DNA of 64,000 nucleotides from positions 3,126 to 67,125 of the IMG/VR virus record IMGVR_UViG_2913584337_000003. One strand, 5' to 3'. Origin of the DNA: a virus (Duplodnaviria > Caudoviricetes). Below the pieces are notes generated by a model, which saw nothing but the letters and a program-made list of their open reading frames with translations, was not told where the DNA came from and did not search any database. This document shows positions 1-8,884 of this stretch, piece after piece (position 1 is the first letter of the stretch; each line of letters opens with the position of its first letter). Position numbers and translations under genes: made by a program.

Positions 1-112
1 CTGGCAGGGGCGGGCTGTCGTCGTAAAGGTTCAGTCGCGGGATCACGAAAAGCAAACATGGGATAACGTCAGGTATACGATATTGCCGATAAGTGGACTG
101 AAGATGTTCTAA
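1..112 (+). CDS. 3' end of a phage DNA-binding/replication protein (partial)
   Basis: Frame 2 is open from the window edge: WQGRAVVVKVQSRDHEKQTWDNVRYTILPISGLKMF*, TAA at 110-112; followed by short direct repeats. Confidence 0.55.
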   Translation, partial: WQGRAVVVKVQSRDHEKQTWDNVRYTILPISGLKMF

Positions 113-194
113 CCGTCACACGGTAAGCGTCACTCGGCGGACGTCACATAAACAAGAACCATAGTACCAAGAACTATAATAACTAGAACCATAA
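113..194. repeat. short direct repeats, iteron/origin-like
   Basis: CGTCAC x3 with 14-bp period (114, 128, 142), then AGAACYATA x3 with 15-bp period (155, 170, 185). Confidence 0.6.
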
Positions 195-330
195 AGATTG
201 CAGCGCTAACGCACTGCCAACTGCATGAATCATTTACGTAAAGCTCTTATATAAAAGAACGACGAAAAGGTAATGAAAGAGTTGGCGGACGTAAGGACGC
301 AATCACTTGAACTTATAAGGGGTGAAGTAA

Positions 331-672
331 ATGGGGCGTAAAAGTATGTCGCCAAAGGAGTTTTCGCAAATCATACGAAGATGTAAGGCGGCGCCAGGGT
401 TGCGCTATATACAGCCGACAATACACGCCAGGACATACGATATTGTCGCGGTCATATTCTTTACATCGGACGAAATTGTCGAGTTAACCATCACGAATAA
501 CCCGGACGAGAATTTCGTATTGCTCGACGCGGTTAATGAATATTTAGACGGATTGGAGGCGAGTGTTAAAGGCTTAGCGTGGGGGGAGTTCGGAATTTGT
601 CCGTATCGCAAAGTAGGCGAAGAGAGGTACGAAGCTATACACGGAAACCATGAGGAGGGTGATGAGCAGTGA
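331..672 (+). CDS. hypothetical phage protein
   Basis: 113-aa ORF, RBS AAGGGG, overlaps next start. Confidence 0.7.
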   Translation: MGRKSMSPKEFSQIIRRCKAAPGLRYIQPTIHARTYDIVAVIFFTSDEIVELTITNNPDENFVLLDAVNEYLDGLEASVKGLAWGEFGICPYRKVGEERYEAIHGNHEEGDEQ

Positions 673-1031
673 CAGAGGAAGAATTGCAGGCAATACGAGA
701 ACGGGCGGAGAGGGCGACAGTCGGAGATTGGGATTACGATGTAGAAGACGGAGGTATTTCAAACGGAAATTTCATGGTAGCTATGGCAGATTCTAATGCG
801 GAAGGCTACCCGTATATTCGCGCTAAGGAATGTGACTTAGAATTCATCGCAGCAAGCCGGGAAGATATTCCGAAGCTGTTGGCGGAGGTTGAATGGCTTA
901 CTAATCGATTAAATGAAGCGGAGAATCTAATGTCGGAGGCTCACGACTTGCTTGACAATGTTCACTGCTATGAAACGGACGTTTATAACGCGATTAGTAA
1001 ATACTTCAACGATGAGGAGGATGATGAGTAA
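669..1031 (+). CDS. Ead/Ea22-like phage protein
   Basis: Motif LQAIRERAERATVGDW ... EFIAASREDIPKLLAEVE. Confidence 0.65.
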   Translation: MTEEELQAIRERAERATVGDWDYDVEDGGISNGNFMVAMADSNAEGYPYIRAKECDLEFIAASREDIPKLLAEVEWLTNRLNEAENLMSEAHDLLDNVHCYETDVYNAISKYFNDEEDDE

Positions 1032-1450
1032 TGACGCTAACACAAACGGAAATAGACGCGATTCGGGCAAGGACGGAGGCAGCTACGGAGGGGCCTTGGG
1101 AACCGGCGAGTTTAGCTAATGGCTATGTTATCGCGGTAGGGGAGTTTAGCGTAGTCGCGAGTGTTATTGAGTACGACGATAACGGAGATATTCATACCAC
1201 GTTAACGCAAAATCACGAGAATAATCGTCAGTTCATCGCACACGCACGCCAAGATGTGCCGAAGTTGCTTGACGAAATTCAACGGTTAAAAGATATATTA
1301 TTTCTTGAACAGGCCGAATATCTCGAAATGAAACGCAAGAAAAACGAAGCTCTTGCGGAGATTGAGCGGTTAAACGGAATAGTCGAACTCGCGAACAGGG
1401 CTGCCGTCAGTGCTATAGCGATGTTAGGTAAACGGGGTGCTACCGAATGA
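1031..1450 (+). CDS. Ead/Ea22-like phage protein, paralog of 669-1031
   Basis: IDAIRARTEAATEGPW ... QFIAHARQDVPKLLDEI. Confidence 0.65.
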   Translation: MTLTQTEIDAIRARTEAATEGPWEPASLANGYVIAVGEFSVVASVIEYDDNGDIHTTLTQNHENNRQFIAHARQDVPKLLDEIQRLKDILFLEQAEYLEMKRKKNEALAEIERLNGIVELANRAAVSAIAMLGKRGATE

Positions 1451-1875
1451 CTAAGCCGAAACTAGCGTCAGCATCCGACTGGCAAGCGCGGGACATATCG
1501 CAATGGAACGTTCAGACTTTCCTCGCTTATATCACGGAAACCACACGTGAAAAGTACGGCGTAGAGTATTCGCCAGGCGGAGGTGGCTCGAAGCAGGCGC
1601 GGTGGGGGCGTGAGCGCGGCATGTTGAAGAATGCGCAGGGCAAATACGGCAATCGCGTGCTGCGGACGTTCATCGAAATTTGCTGGCGTGAGTATCGCAC
1701 GAGTAAGCCGGAGCTGTATCCGTATCCGAGCGTCACATTCATGATTTCGTACATGGATCGATACTTTTCGGAGGCAGTTTCGCAGGTGGCACGGGAGGCT
1801 AGGCGTGAGAAGGTGGCGGCCGATGCGGAGCAGGAATTAGCGGTTGATGGCGAAGAGTTGACGGATTGGTTCTAA
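1447..1875 (+). CDS. hypothetical phage replication-region protein
   Basis: 142-aa ORF translationally coupled (ATGA overlap). Confidence 0.7.
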   Translation: MTKPKLASASDWQARDISQWNVQTFLAYITETTREKYGVEYSPGGGGSKQARWGRERGMLKNAQGKYGNRVLRTFIEICWREYRTSKPELYPYPSVTFMISYMDRYFSEAVSQVAREARREKVAADAEQELAVDGEELTDWF

Positions 1876-1903
1876 AAACGATAAGAAGGCGGAGGGATGA
1901 CGA

Positions 1904-2698
1904 ATGAAGATCCGAATAATAAAAGCGGGCGTGTCTACGTATTGGTATGCGGATAAGATTGGCGAGGTGTTCGATGTTACCGGAACTGACCACCCGACAC
2001 GTAGCGGATACAGTGTTCGGTACGACGGAGAGTGTAGTAAGTATTATGTTACTTCCGATGATTGCGAAATAGTAAACGAGGAGGCTGACGAAATGGACGT
2101 AATTGAGAAAATGCAGGCGGAAATCACGGAACTGAAGTCGAGGGTGGCTGCGTTGGAAGGCACGAAAGTATCTATACGTGAGGCTGGCGGTAAATCACTT
2201 CTGCCGAAAACACCGCAGCAAATCCGTGACGAAATCGTGGCGAAGGCAAAGGCGGATGTGGCGAGTATCGTCGGCGAGTACGAAGGATTCCGCACAACAA
2301 TTGGAAGATTCAATAATCAATATGTTATCCCGAAGTTTTTCGTCAATAAGGAAAAGCGAGCCGTGACCGCTCTAATATACGGAGGATTCTCGCACGACTT
2401 ACTTTTAAAGGGAATCGCCAAGGCTGACCCGTCCGACTGCTTCAACGCCCACCTAGGTAAGGCAATCGCGTTACGCCGAGCGCTAGGCCTCGAAGTGCCT
2501 GCGGAATACTATAATGCGCCACAGCCGACTGAGGTGCGCGTGGGGGACATAATCAGCCCGATAGATTTGGATAAGCGCGACAAAGTTGTTGGACAGTCAG
2601 TTACCGGACGAAACGAAATCACAGTAGAAAACGCAAGCTACTATTTCGGAATTGGTAAAGCCAAATTCATCGACGACAGCCGGGAGGTGGCGGAATGA
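1904..2698 (+). CDS. hypothetical modular phage protein
   Basis: 264 aa, RBS GGAGGG, motif GIAKADPSDCFNAHLGKAIALRRALG seen in Bacillota phage proteins. Confidence 0.7.
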   Translation: MKIRIIKAGVSTYWYADKIGEVFDVTGTDHPTRSGYSVRYDGECSKYYVTSDDCEIVNEEADEMDVIEKMQAEITELKSRVAALEGTKVSIREAGGKSLLPKTPQQIRDEIVAKAKADVASIVGEYEGFRTTIGRFNNQYVIPKFFVNKEKRAVTALIYGGFSHDLLLKGIAKADPSDCFNAHLGKAIALRRALGLEVPAEYYNAPQPTEVRVGDIISPIDLDKRDKVVGQSVTGRNEITVENASYYFGIGKAKFIDDSREVAE

Positions 2699-2916
2699 CT
2701 AGCGTAAAAGGGATGACTTGGGGCACGCCGGAGTTTACAGCGCTCGCAAAGAAAGCGGAAAGATCAGCACAAGCAGACGGAGAGTTCCGGGAATTGGTTT
2801 CCGATGTATGCAAGGCGGTCGAAACGACGCCCATATCGGACGATTGCCGTTTGAAGGCTCGTTACGAAATTAAATACGCATTCGATTTATACGAATTAGA
2901 CGATATAGACGGATGA
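2695..2916 (+). CDS. hypothetical protein
   Basis: 73 aa, RBS GGAGG, ATGA overlap. Confidence 0.6.
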   Translation: MTSVKGMTWGTPEFTALAKKAERSAQADGEFRELVSDVCKAVETTPISDDCRLKARYEIKYAFDLYELDDIDG

Positions 2917-2930
2917 AGGAGGTTTAACGA

Positions 2931-3734
2931 TTGGAAAAAACGAATAAAAACCGCTGCCTACTCGCCGCCAAATGCCGCGTGGCAGGAACGTCAGAATGTA
3001 CGAATCAATGTTCGGCCTTCATAGCCATGCACGGCTTATCAGGCGCAGGCGGGCGCGTCGGGGCGGCTGGGCTTCCGGCGGACTATCGACTCGTTACGCT
3101 GGCAAATTCGCCGGCCAGGACGGAGCAAGCGAAAATCTACGCTAAGATAAACGATTATGTCGCCACTTTCGATAGGCAATTCGAGGAGGGCACCGAAAGG
3201 ATCAAGTCGCTGTATCTTTTTTCGGAATCGCCCGGCACCGGCAAGACGACGACGGCTGCGGCGATACTCAACGAATGGCTTACGGTTCATTACGTAGGCT
3301 CCTTACAGCGCGGAGTCCAGCCGATGCAAAGGCCGGCGTACTTCTTGGACGTAAATAGCTGGCAGACGGACTACAACAACTTTAATAGACCGAAGGTACC
3401 GGACAACATCGCAGAGCCCGCAGCCAAGCGATTTTACACCGCAATGGAGAACGCAAAACATGCGCCGATGGCCGTACTCGACGATATAGGATTGCGTGAC
3501 TGCACAGACGGATTCAGGGGAGATTTACATGCGATCATTAATCATCGAGTGACGAACGCAAAACCGACGATTTACACATCGAATCTACCTATAAAATACA
3601 TGGATACGAAAGTGGCGACATTGATGCCATATGATTTAATTGACGTATTTGGCGAGGAAAGGCTTGCGGATAGGATGCGCGATCAGTGTGCCGTGCTAAG
3701 TTTCGGCGGCGGAAGTTTTCGCGGACGTAGGTAA
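2931..3734 (+). CDS. DnaC/IstB-like helicase loader ATPase
   Basis: Walker A SPGTGKTT, Walker B VLDDIG, TIYTSN, RLADRM; N-terminal Cys cluster. Confidence 0.85.
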   Translation: MEKTNKNRCLLAAKCRVAGTSECTNQCSAFIAMHGLSGAGGRVGAAGLPADYRLVTLANSPARTEQAKIYAKINDYVATFDRQFEEGTERIKSLYLFSESPGTGKTTTAAAILNEWLTVHYVGSLQRGVQPMQRPAYFLDVNSWQTDYNNFNRPKVPDNIAEPAAKRFYTAMENAKHAPMAVLDDIGLRDCTDGFRGDLHAIINHRVTNAKPTIYTSNLPIKYMDTKVATLMPYDLIDVFGEERLADRMRDQCAVLSFGGGSFRGRR

Positions 3735-3751
3735 CGGAAAATCGAAAAGGG

Positions 3752-4156
3752 GTGGAGACGTTGATGATTAACGTAGAAAATTTGACGAAGGTACACCTAG
3801 CATTTGAAAACTGCGAGGGCATCGATATTCCGGCAGAGGACATTCGTTATTTCCATGCGACTGAGATTACGGCGACCCTACGCTTTAATAATATTCGAAA
3901 GAAATCGCCTATACGAAAAGAACAATATATGGGCGCTGGATACTTCCGAATCATGGTTGCGGATAAGCCGGAATACGCACGCATACTTGCATGGAATGAT
4001 ATTGCGCAAGTTCACGTCTACGATGATAAGGGTAATACTGATTGGTTTTTCGTAAAGTGGGGCGACGACCAGTATAACAACGAATATCAAAAATCACACA
4101 TTTATCGTGGGGAAATCGACGTAACAATTTCGGAGGCCGCCGATGAGAACGATTAA
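3752..4156 (+). CDS. hypothetical protein
   Basis: 134-aa ORF with RBS. Confidence 0.65.
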   Translation: METLMINVENLTKVHLAFENCEGIDIPAEDIRYFHATEITATLRFNNIRKKSPIRKEQYMGAGYFRIMVADKPEYARILAWNDIAQVHVYDDKGNTDWFFVKWGDDQYNNEYQKSHIYRGEIDVTISEAADEND

Positions 4157-4544
4157 GTTTCGGGCGTGGGAAGGCGGAAAGATGTACTACCAAGTACGTT
4201 GCGGAGGAGTATTTGATAGAATGCCAACAGCTCCGACGGTTTGGAACGATGAGGCAGGCGATTGGCTAAATCTAACCGGCCAACCCTATACGAAAGTAAT
4301 GCAATTCACCGGACTATCCGATAAGAACGGCGTTGAGATTTACGAAGGGGATATCGTCTACACGAAAGAGTACGGAGAATGGCCTATGTTAATTAGATGG
4401 CAGGAAGCGTCGGCATCATTCTACTGTCACGATAAATCCGATAATATTGACGAGCATTTAAACATGTTTGCGGCAAAAGGCGGTCGAGTTATCGGAAACA
4501 TCTACGAAAATCCGGAGTTGATTAAGGAGGCTGCCGATGAATAA
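4143..4544 (+). CDS. YopX family protein
   Basis: IKFRAW ... MQFTGLSDKNGVEIYEGDIV ... VIGNIYENPEL. Confidence 0.9.
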   Translation: MRTIKFRAWEGGKMYYQVRCGGVFDRMPTAPTVWNDEAGDWLNLTGQPYTKVMQFTGLSDKNGVEIYEGDIVYTKEYGEWPMLIRWQEASASFYCHDKSDNIDEHLNMFAAKGGRVIGNIYENPELIKEAADE

Positions 4545-4935
4545 GCCGGAGTACACCTTCACGGACCTTGTACACATCGCGGGCTACGGGTCACGCATAT
4601 TTAAAATCGAATCATACCGCGTCGAGCAATGTTTCTCGCCCAGCGAAGAATGGACGGATATTGTGTACGACTTAATCGATACGGAAACGGGGGCTTACGT
4701 TGAGTGTGACGAAGAGGATCTGCGGCTGGCTGGCGGTAGCAGCGTGCGCAAACCCATGGCAAGGGAATTAAGCGGGCAGGCGAGAAAGGATCGTGCGAAG
4801 CGAGTGGATGCGTTGTTGGACGAAATGAATGATGCGAAAGTGATGGTCGAGATGTTTCCGGAGGATGGCGAATTCAAGGCGAAGGTTGAGTATTTGACGA
4901 TTAAGTTGGCTGAGGTTACGGCGGAGTGGACTTAA
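4537..4935 (+). CDS. hypothetical protein (SH3-like N-terminus)
   Basis: 132 aa, YTFTDLVHIAGY ... VDALLDEMND. Confidence 0.65.
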   Translation: MNKPEYTFTDLVHIAGYGSRIFKIESYRVEQCFSPSEEWTDIVYDLIDTETGAYVECDEEDLRLAGGSSVRKPMARELSGQARKDRAKRVDALLDEMNDAKVMVEMFPEDGEFKAKVEYLTIKLAEVTAEWT

Positions 4936-4943
4936 ATTGCGAA
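4920..4943 (+). repeat. putative cassette recombination site A1
   Basis: GGCGGAGTG-GACTTA-AATTGCGAA at a GC-to-AT boundary; right arm matches consensus, left arm degenerate. Confidence 0.5.
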
Positions 4944-4960
4944 GTAAATGAGGTGAGAAA

Positions 4961-5119
4961 ATGCGGATATTTAAAGTTATCAACGAAAATAATTTTTATC
5001 ATGGTAAAGAAGGCATCTTGGTTAGAGAGAATGCTCATGACTTGATTTTAACAATACATGTAGGTGATTGGAATTCAGATTTGCCTTTTGATAAATCAGA
5101 AGTTGAAGAAATTATATAG
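4961..5119 (+). CDS. small AT-rich hypothetical protein (52 aa), cassette gene
   Basis: RBS GAGGTG; MRIFKVINENNFYHGKEGILVRENAHDLILTIHVGDWNSDLPFDKSEVEEII*; not in ORF track. Confidence 0.7.
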   Translation: MRIFKVINENNFYHGKEGILVRENAHDLILTIHVGDWNSDLPFDKSEVEEII

Positions 5120-5120
5120 T

Positions 5121-5144
5121 GTCGCAATTCGAATAAAATACGAC
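5121..5144 (+). repeat. putative cassette recombination site A2
   Basis: GTCGCAATT-CGAATA-AAATACGAC, 7/9 inverted arms, 1 nt after a stop codon. Confidence 0.7.
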
Positions 5145-5190
5145 TTTGACAAAAATGCGTAATAAACAAAGTTCTTGGGAGGGTGTAATA

Positions 5191-5736
5191 ATGGATAAAA
5201 AGTATAAACAAATTGAGTTTTTTGCAGGAAACACTGTAGAACAGGCTGTTAGTGAATTGTTGAGTTATAGAGAGAAAGGGAAATTAGCTTGTGGTGAATT
5301 TAATGGAGTTACATTGTATTCAGATACGGTAACGATGGATTCAGCATATCAAAGGATAACTGGTAAAACGAAAGCAGAATTTGATAAAGAACAACAAGAA
5401 TGGAGAGAAGACTATAAAAGAAAAGAACAGGAACATAAAGAAAGAATCCCGGAGTTATCAAAGGTTTGGAAGGGAAAAGGTAGAGAGATTCTAGCAGAGG
5501 ACAAGTGGAATCTTTGGGATGATATTGTCCCGATTCGGTTGGGTGACTTATATCGCGGTATGGAATTAGGAAATTGCTTGGATATAGTAAAGATTTTAAA
5601 TAACAACGGCACACTTGATGAAGCGAAAGAGGTAATCGAGAATCAAGGTCACTCAGGGATGTCATTCGGATTGGTTTGTGCGATGATCAAAGAATTTTGT
5701 GATAGAGGTAATGAATTCGTTAATTATGTTAAATAA
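5191..5736 (+). CDS. AT-rich hypothetical protein, cassette gene
   Basis: RBS GGAGGG supports ATG 5191; C-terminal GHSGMSF motif. Confidence 0.75.
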   Translation: MDKKYKQIEFFAGNTVEQAVSELLSYREKGKLACGEFNGVTLYSDTVTMDSAYQRITGKTKAEFDKEQQEWREDYKRKEQEHKERIPELSKVWKGKGREILAEDKWNLWDDIVPIRLGDLYRGMELGNCLDIVKILNNNGTLDEAKEVIENQGHSGMSFGLVCAMIKEFCDRGNEFVNYVK

Positions 5737-5740
5737 CTAC

Positions 5741-5765
5741 TGAACAATTCGATTCAAACAGCGCA
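5741..5765 (+). repeat. putative cassette recombination site A3
   Basis: TGAACAATT-CGATTC-AAACAGCGCA (one extra nt), 4 nt after a stop codon. Confidence 0.6.
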
Positions 5766-5830
5766 ATAATCGAAAATAACAGTTGTAAGCTGCCAGCGAA
5801 GAATTATATATTACGAAAGGAGCTGACGCA

Positions 5831-7201
5831 ATGGAATACGGAAATCTTCTATTAAGTAAGGTAATCGACGAAAATAACGTACAGGCGTTAACCAAATATG
5901 GAATCACGGCGAAGGACTTACCGACGGAGGGTGATAGGCAGACCCTCCGTTTCATCACCGACTATGCGGAGGCTAACCGCGGGCAGGCGCCATCGTACGC
6001 CGTAGTTACTGAGGAGTGTCCGACATTTATTTATACACCGCAAGTCGGAGACAGTTACGAGTACATGACGAAGGTAATAAAGGAATATAGCGCGAAGTTG
6101 CAGTTTATGGAGATAATAAATCCGCCAACAAACGCTAAAGGTGGCGATACTCGCTCACTATTCGAAAAGAAATTCGAGGAGCTTGACGGAAATAAATTCA
6201 CCGACTGGTTGATTTCGGAGGCCGAAAGGATTAAAATAAATACGAACACCAGTTCTAAAGTAGGTACGGACATAAAGGCGGACGCATCTTCTTTTCTGGA
6301 CGAATACCGCAAACGTAAATCAGGCGAGTCGTTCAAGGTTTGGCACAGCAAGTTTCCGGCCATTAACGAAGCAACCGGTGGATACCTCAGCGGAAATATG
6401 TATACATGGTACGGTCGTCCAGGCCGCGGTAAATCAATTATCACCTCAGAGGAAGCGATTGAGTCGGCGTTTCAAGGCGCAAATGTGCTCGGATGGATAA
6501 TGGAAATGGCTAAATTCGAATGGATGGCGCGAGCCTACTCGACTATTTCGGCAAGGTCCGGTATTGTTTCCGCTACTATAGACGGAGTAGATTACGAGGC
6601 AGGCTTCGAGAATAAGGCATTATTAATGGGAAGACTATCGGAGGATTTCGAGGCAGGCTTCGAGCAATTCCTAGCGACTATTAACGAAATAGTGCCGGGC
6701 AATATTACTATCCGAGCAGCAGACGACGTAGACTTTTATAGTCGCGGATTGAAGCAATTAGAGGCGGACATCATTCAGACGAAAGCGGACGTAGTTTTAG
6801 TTGATCCGATTTACCTTATGGATTACGAAGCGAATACTTCGAAAGTTGCTGGAGGTGATGTGGCGAACACGTCGAAAAAGATTCGTAGACTAGCCGGATT
6901 AACGAAAACAGTTATTCACATCGTTACACAGGCGGAAGAGGTTCGCGACGATACAGACGAAGAAGGTAATCGCGAGTTAAGACCGCCGAAACGTGCGGAA
7001 ATCAAGAAAACGAAGGCAGTCCTTGAAGATGCTGCGAACACTTTCGGCATAGATACGCTGGACGGCGTCGGCATAATTGAAATTGGCAAAGGCAGGAATG
7101 GCGGAGAAGGTATGCAGGTTGAAGTTCTGTATCTACCTAACATCGGAATCGTTCGCGAAATGGAGACCGGCATGGCCGCTGCGGCTCAATTCGATTTCTA
7201 G
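5831..7201 (+). CDS. DnaB-like replicative helicase
   Basis: Walker A GRPGRGKS, MEM motif, VLVDPIYLM, KGRNGGEG. Confidence 0.9.
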   Translation: MEYGNLLLSKVIDENNVQALTKYGITAKDLPTEGDRQTLRFITDYAEANRGQAPSYAVVTEECPTFIYTPQVGDSYEYMTKVIKEYSAKLQFMEIINPPTNAKGGDTRSLFEKKFEELDGNKFTDWLISEAERIKINTNTSSKVGTDIKADASSFLDEYRKRKSGESFKVWHSKFPAINEATGGYLSGNMYTWYGRPGRGKSIITSEEAIESAFQGANVLGWIMEMAKFEWMARAYSTISARSGIVSATIDGVDYEAGFENKALLMGRLSEDFEAGFEQFLATINEIVPGNITIRAADDVDFYSRGLKQLEADIIQTKADVVLVDPIYLMDYEANTSKVAGGDVANTSKKIRRLAGLTKTVIHIVTQAEEVRDDTDEEGNRELRPPKRAEIKKTKAVLEDAANTFGIDTLDGVGIIEIGKGRNGGEGMQVEVLYLPNIGIVREMETGMAAAAQFDF

Positions 7202-7300
7202 TCAAGTCAATTTATTTCGACAATTTTGTTAAGTAGTACCTTTGGCATTGGTAAGCGAAAACACGGAAATCTATAGTTAAAACGGAGGAGGTTAAATCCG

Positions 7301-8293
7301 ATGGCAGTTGTCAGAATTCACGGACAATCGATAGACGTGGACATCGAAAGCGAGCTACGGGAATTTCAGTGGGAGCGTGCGCGATGGTCGGCCGATAAAT
7401 TAATTTCCGCAAGTCCTTTTCGCTACGATAAATCTCCTTCGTTCTTCGTCACGCTAGACGGTGAATATGCCGGTTGCTGGGGAGATTCCGGAGCATATGA
7501 CGCTGAATGGGCGTCTGGCAACTTCGCCAAGCTGCTCGCCTTTCTGCGAAATGAATCGTATGAGGAGGCGGAAGAGTACCTGATCGAAATGTACGGCGTA
7601 CCCTCGGAGCCTGGCGCCCGGCTAACGTTAAAGCTCCCGAAATTGCAGTTAATTCAGCGTAATAGGCAAACGTTGAAAGAAGACGCACTCTCGCCATATT
7701 CGCCGGAACCTAACGAGTATTTAAGGCGGCGCGGTATTTCAGACGAGGTACAGCGGGCGGCTGGCGTCCACTTTAGCGAAACCGCTCGAGCAATCGTATT
7801 GCCGTGGAGAACGGTGTCGGGAAAACTAGCGAATGTAAAATACCGGAAAACGTACGGCAAGACGTTCTGGTATGCGAAAGGAGCCGAGCCGATTCGGAAT
7901 ATGGTCTACGGGATCGAACGTGCGGCAACGCGGACGGTTCTGTGCGAGGCTGAAATCGATGCGCTGTCGTGGCGGACGGCAGGCTTTGCGGCTATTGCGG
8001 TGGGTGGCGTGGCGTTCAACCGGACCAAGCGAGATTTGATAATCCGAAGTCCCATCGAAGAGTTGATTATTGCGACGGACAACGATAAGGCCGGCGAAAA
8101 GTTGCGGCAGGAAGTCGAAAAGGAAATGCGCGGATATGTACGGACTAGGCAGGCGTATATACAGGACGAGTGCAAGGACGCAAATGAGGCGTTGGTGAAG
8201 TACGGAGTTGAATCGTTGAGGGGAGCGGTGGAAAAGTCTGAAAGACGCAGTAGTTTGTACGTGAATTTACGTACTCGTAGCCTGGGTAAGTGA
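7301..8293 (+). CDS. DNA primase (TOPRIM)
   Basis: YLRRRGI, LCEAEIDALS, IIATDNDKAG, CKDANE. Confidence 0.9.
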   Translation: MAVVRIHGQSIDVDIESELREFQWERARWSADKLISASPFRYDKSPSFFVTLDGEYAGCWGDSGAYDAEWASGNFAKLLAFLRNESYEEAEEYLIEMYGVPSEPGARLTLKLPKLQLIQRNRQTLKEDALSPYSPEPNEYLRRRGISDEVQRAAGVHFSETARAIVLPWRTVSGKLANVKYRKTYGKTFWYAKGAEPIRNMVYGIERAATRTVLCEAEIDALSWRTAGFAAIAVGGVAFNRTKRDLIIRSPIEELIIATDNDKAGEKLRQEVEKEMRGYVRTRQAYIQDECKDANEALVKYGVESLRGAVEKSERRSSLYVNLRTRSLGK

Positions 8294-8313
8294 CGCATTT
8301 CTTACCCGTTCGG

Positions 8314-8541
8314 TTAACGGTCTGCTTCGAGCCATTCGTATAAGTCATCGATTCGACAGTTAAATTCGTCGGCGATGACTTTTGCTGTGGAGACAAGCAT
8401 GATATTACGTAAATTTTCGTAGTCGGAAATCGTTGACTTCGACATGCCGACGCGATCAGCGAGTTGTTGCTGCGTCAGACCGCGCGATTCACGTAATTCT
8501 CGAAGCAAACACCGTTCGACTACAGCAGACGTGGTGCTCAC
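8314..8541 (-). CDS. XRE-family HTH regulator
   Basis: LRELRESRGLTQQQLADRVGMSKSTISDYEN; start uncertain (possibly ACG at 8532). Confidence 0.85.
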   Translation of the reverse strand: MSTTSAVVERCLLRELRESRGLTQQQLADRVGMSKSTISDYENLRNIMLVSTAKVIADEFNCRIDDLYEWLEADR

Positions 8542-8567
8542 CTCATTACGTTATATAATTTTACGTG

Positions 8568-8771
8568 TTACTTTTCGTCAGGGACAATGCGGACAACTTT
8601 ATCAATGGGGACGTTTAAAAATAAGCAAATCTTTTCGACTGTGCTTAGATTAACGTCTTCGTTGCGGTTAATCTTCGCGATGGTTTTCGGGTGGAGGATT
8701 TCGTCCCGCATGTCGCTGATTACCATATCTTTTTCTTCTAATGTTTTTCGTAGTGGGGAAAAATCAATCAT
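8568..8771 (-). CDS. Cro/C1-type HTH regulator
   Basis: MIDFSPLRKTL ... TIAKINRNEDVNLSTVEKICLFLNVPI. Confidence 0.85.
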   Translation of the reverse strand: MIDFSPLRKTLEEKDMVISDMRDEILHPKTIAKINRNEDVNLSTVEKICLFLNVPIDKVVRIVPDEK

Positions 8772-8794
8772 TATTTACACTTCCTTACATATTT

Positions 8795-8826
8795 ATGTGC
8801 ACTTTGGTGAACATTTATGGTACAAT
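8795..8826 (+). promoter_or_regulatory. aimR promoter (extended -10) with overlapping palindromic operator
   Basis: TGgTACAAT at 8818-8826; ATGTGCAC-TTTG-GTGAACAT 7/8 palindrome at 8795-8814. Confidence 0.5.
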
Positions 8827-8884
8827 CCTATTATAACAGAAAAACGGAAAAAAATTACACTGTTTTTTGAAAGGGGCAAAATCA

